Shown here piece by piece: positions 64,000-64,000 of a DNA stretch of 64,000 nucleotides; the first letter of the stretch is position 1, and the number at the start of each line of letters is the position of its first letter. The position numbers and the translations under genes are program-made. This DNA comes from a virus: IMG/VR virus record IMGVR_UViG_3300009431_000003; one strand, written 5' to 3'. Under the pieces are notes generated by a model. That model had not been told where the DNA came from. It worked only from the letters and a program-made list of their open reading frames with translations, and did no database searches.

Positions 64000-64000
64000 C

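Noticed and set aside
1-64000. CRISPR array or cas genes
   Set aside because: No run of regularly spaced direct repeats with unique spacers was seen; the 25-27 kb repeats are irregular and in both orientations.
1-64000. Stop-codon reassignment (alternative genetic code)
   Set aside because: Genes tile well under code 11, TAG and TGA terminate genes at sensible positions, and no suppressor tRNA was seen.

Overview
This is a 64-kb segment of a large tailed bacteriophage genome (contractile-tailed, jumbo-type). There is no sign of host chromosome or eukaryotic virus sequence. Bases ~1-36,200 are a dense plus-strand array of mostly short hypothetical early/accessory genes with Shine-Dalgarno sites. 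They include a radical SAM protein, a YkgJ-like Fe-S protein, an Imm5-like protein, a LamG lipoprotein and a PD-(D/E)xK-like protein, and many sit downstream of a recurring TTT..CATAAGARTA motif. A largely non-coding, repeat-rich zone lies at ~23.8-26.9 kb. At 32.5-35.4 kb is an RNA cluster: a tmRNA, tRNA-Ala(TGC), a tRNA with an 8-nt anticodon loop, two atypical tRNA mimics (one with a ~110-nt insertion, one circularly permuted) flanking one unknown gene, and two further pseudoknotted putative ncRNAs. A minus-strand lysis island (amidase endolysin, stand-alone PAS protein, holin-like protein) and a RecA-like/DinG pair follow. From 41.9 kb to the end is the minus-strand morphogenesis operon (tail tube, very large sheath, neck, fibre-like, major capsid, decoration and scaffold-like genes). 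Many minus-strand genes, including orphans in the early region (a SET-domain protein and an HExxH protein), share a K-x-A or F-x-x-E-x-x-K-[ILM]-[AG] motif that suggests a virion-packaging or processing signal. All protein calls come from motif recognition and RNA structures from manual folding; no database searches were run.
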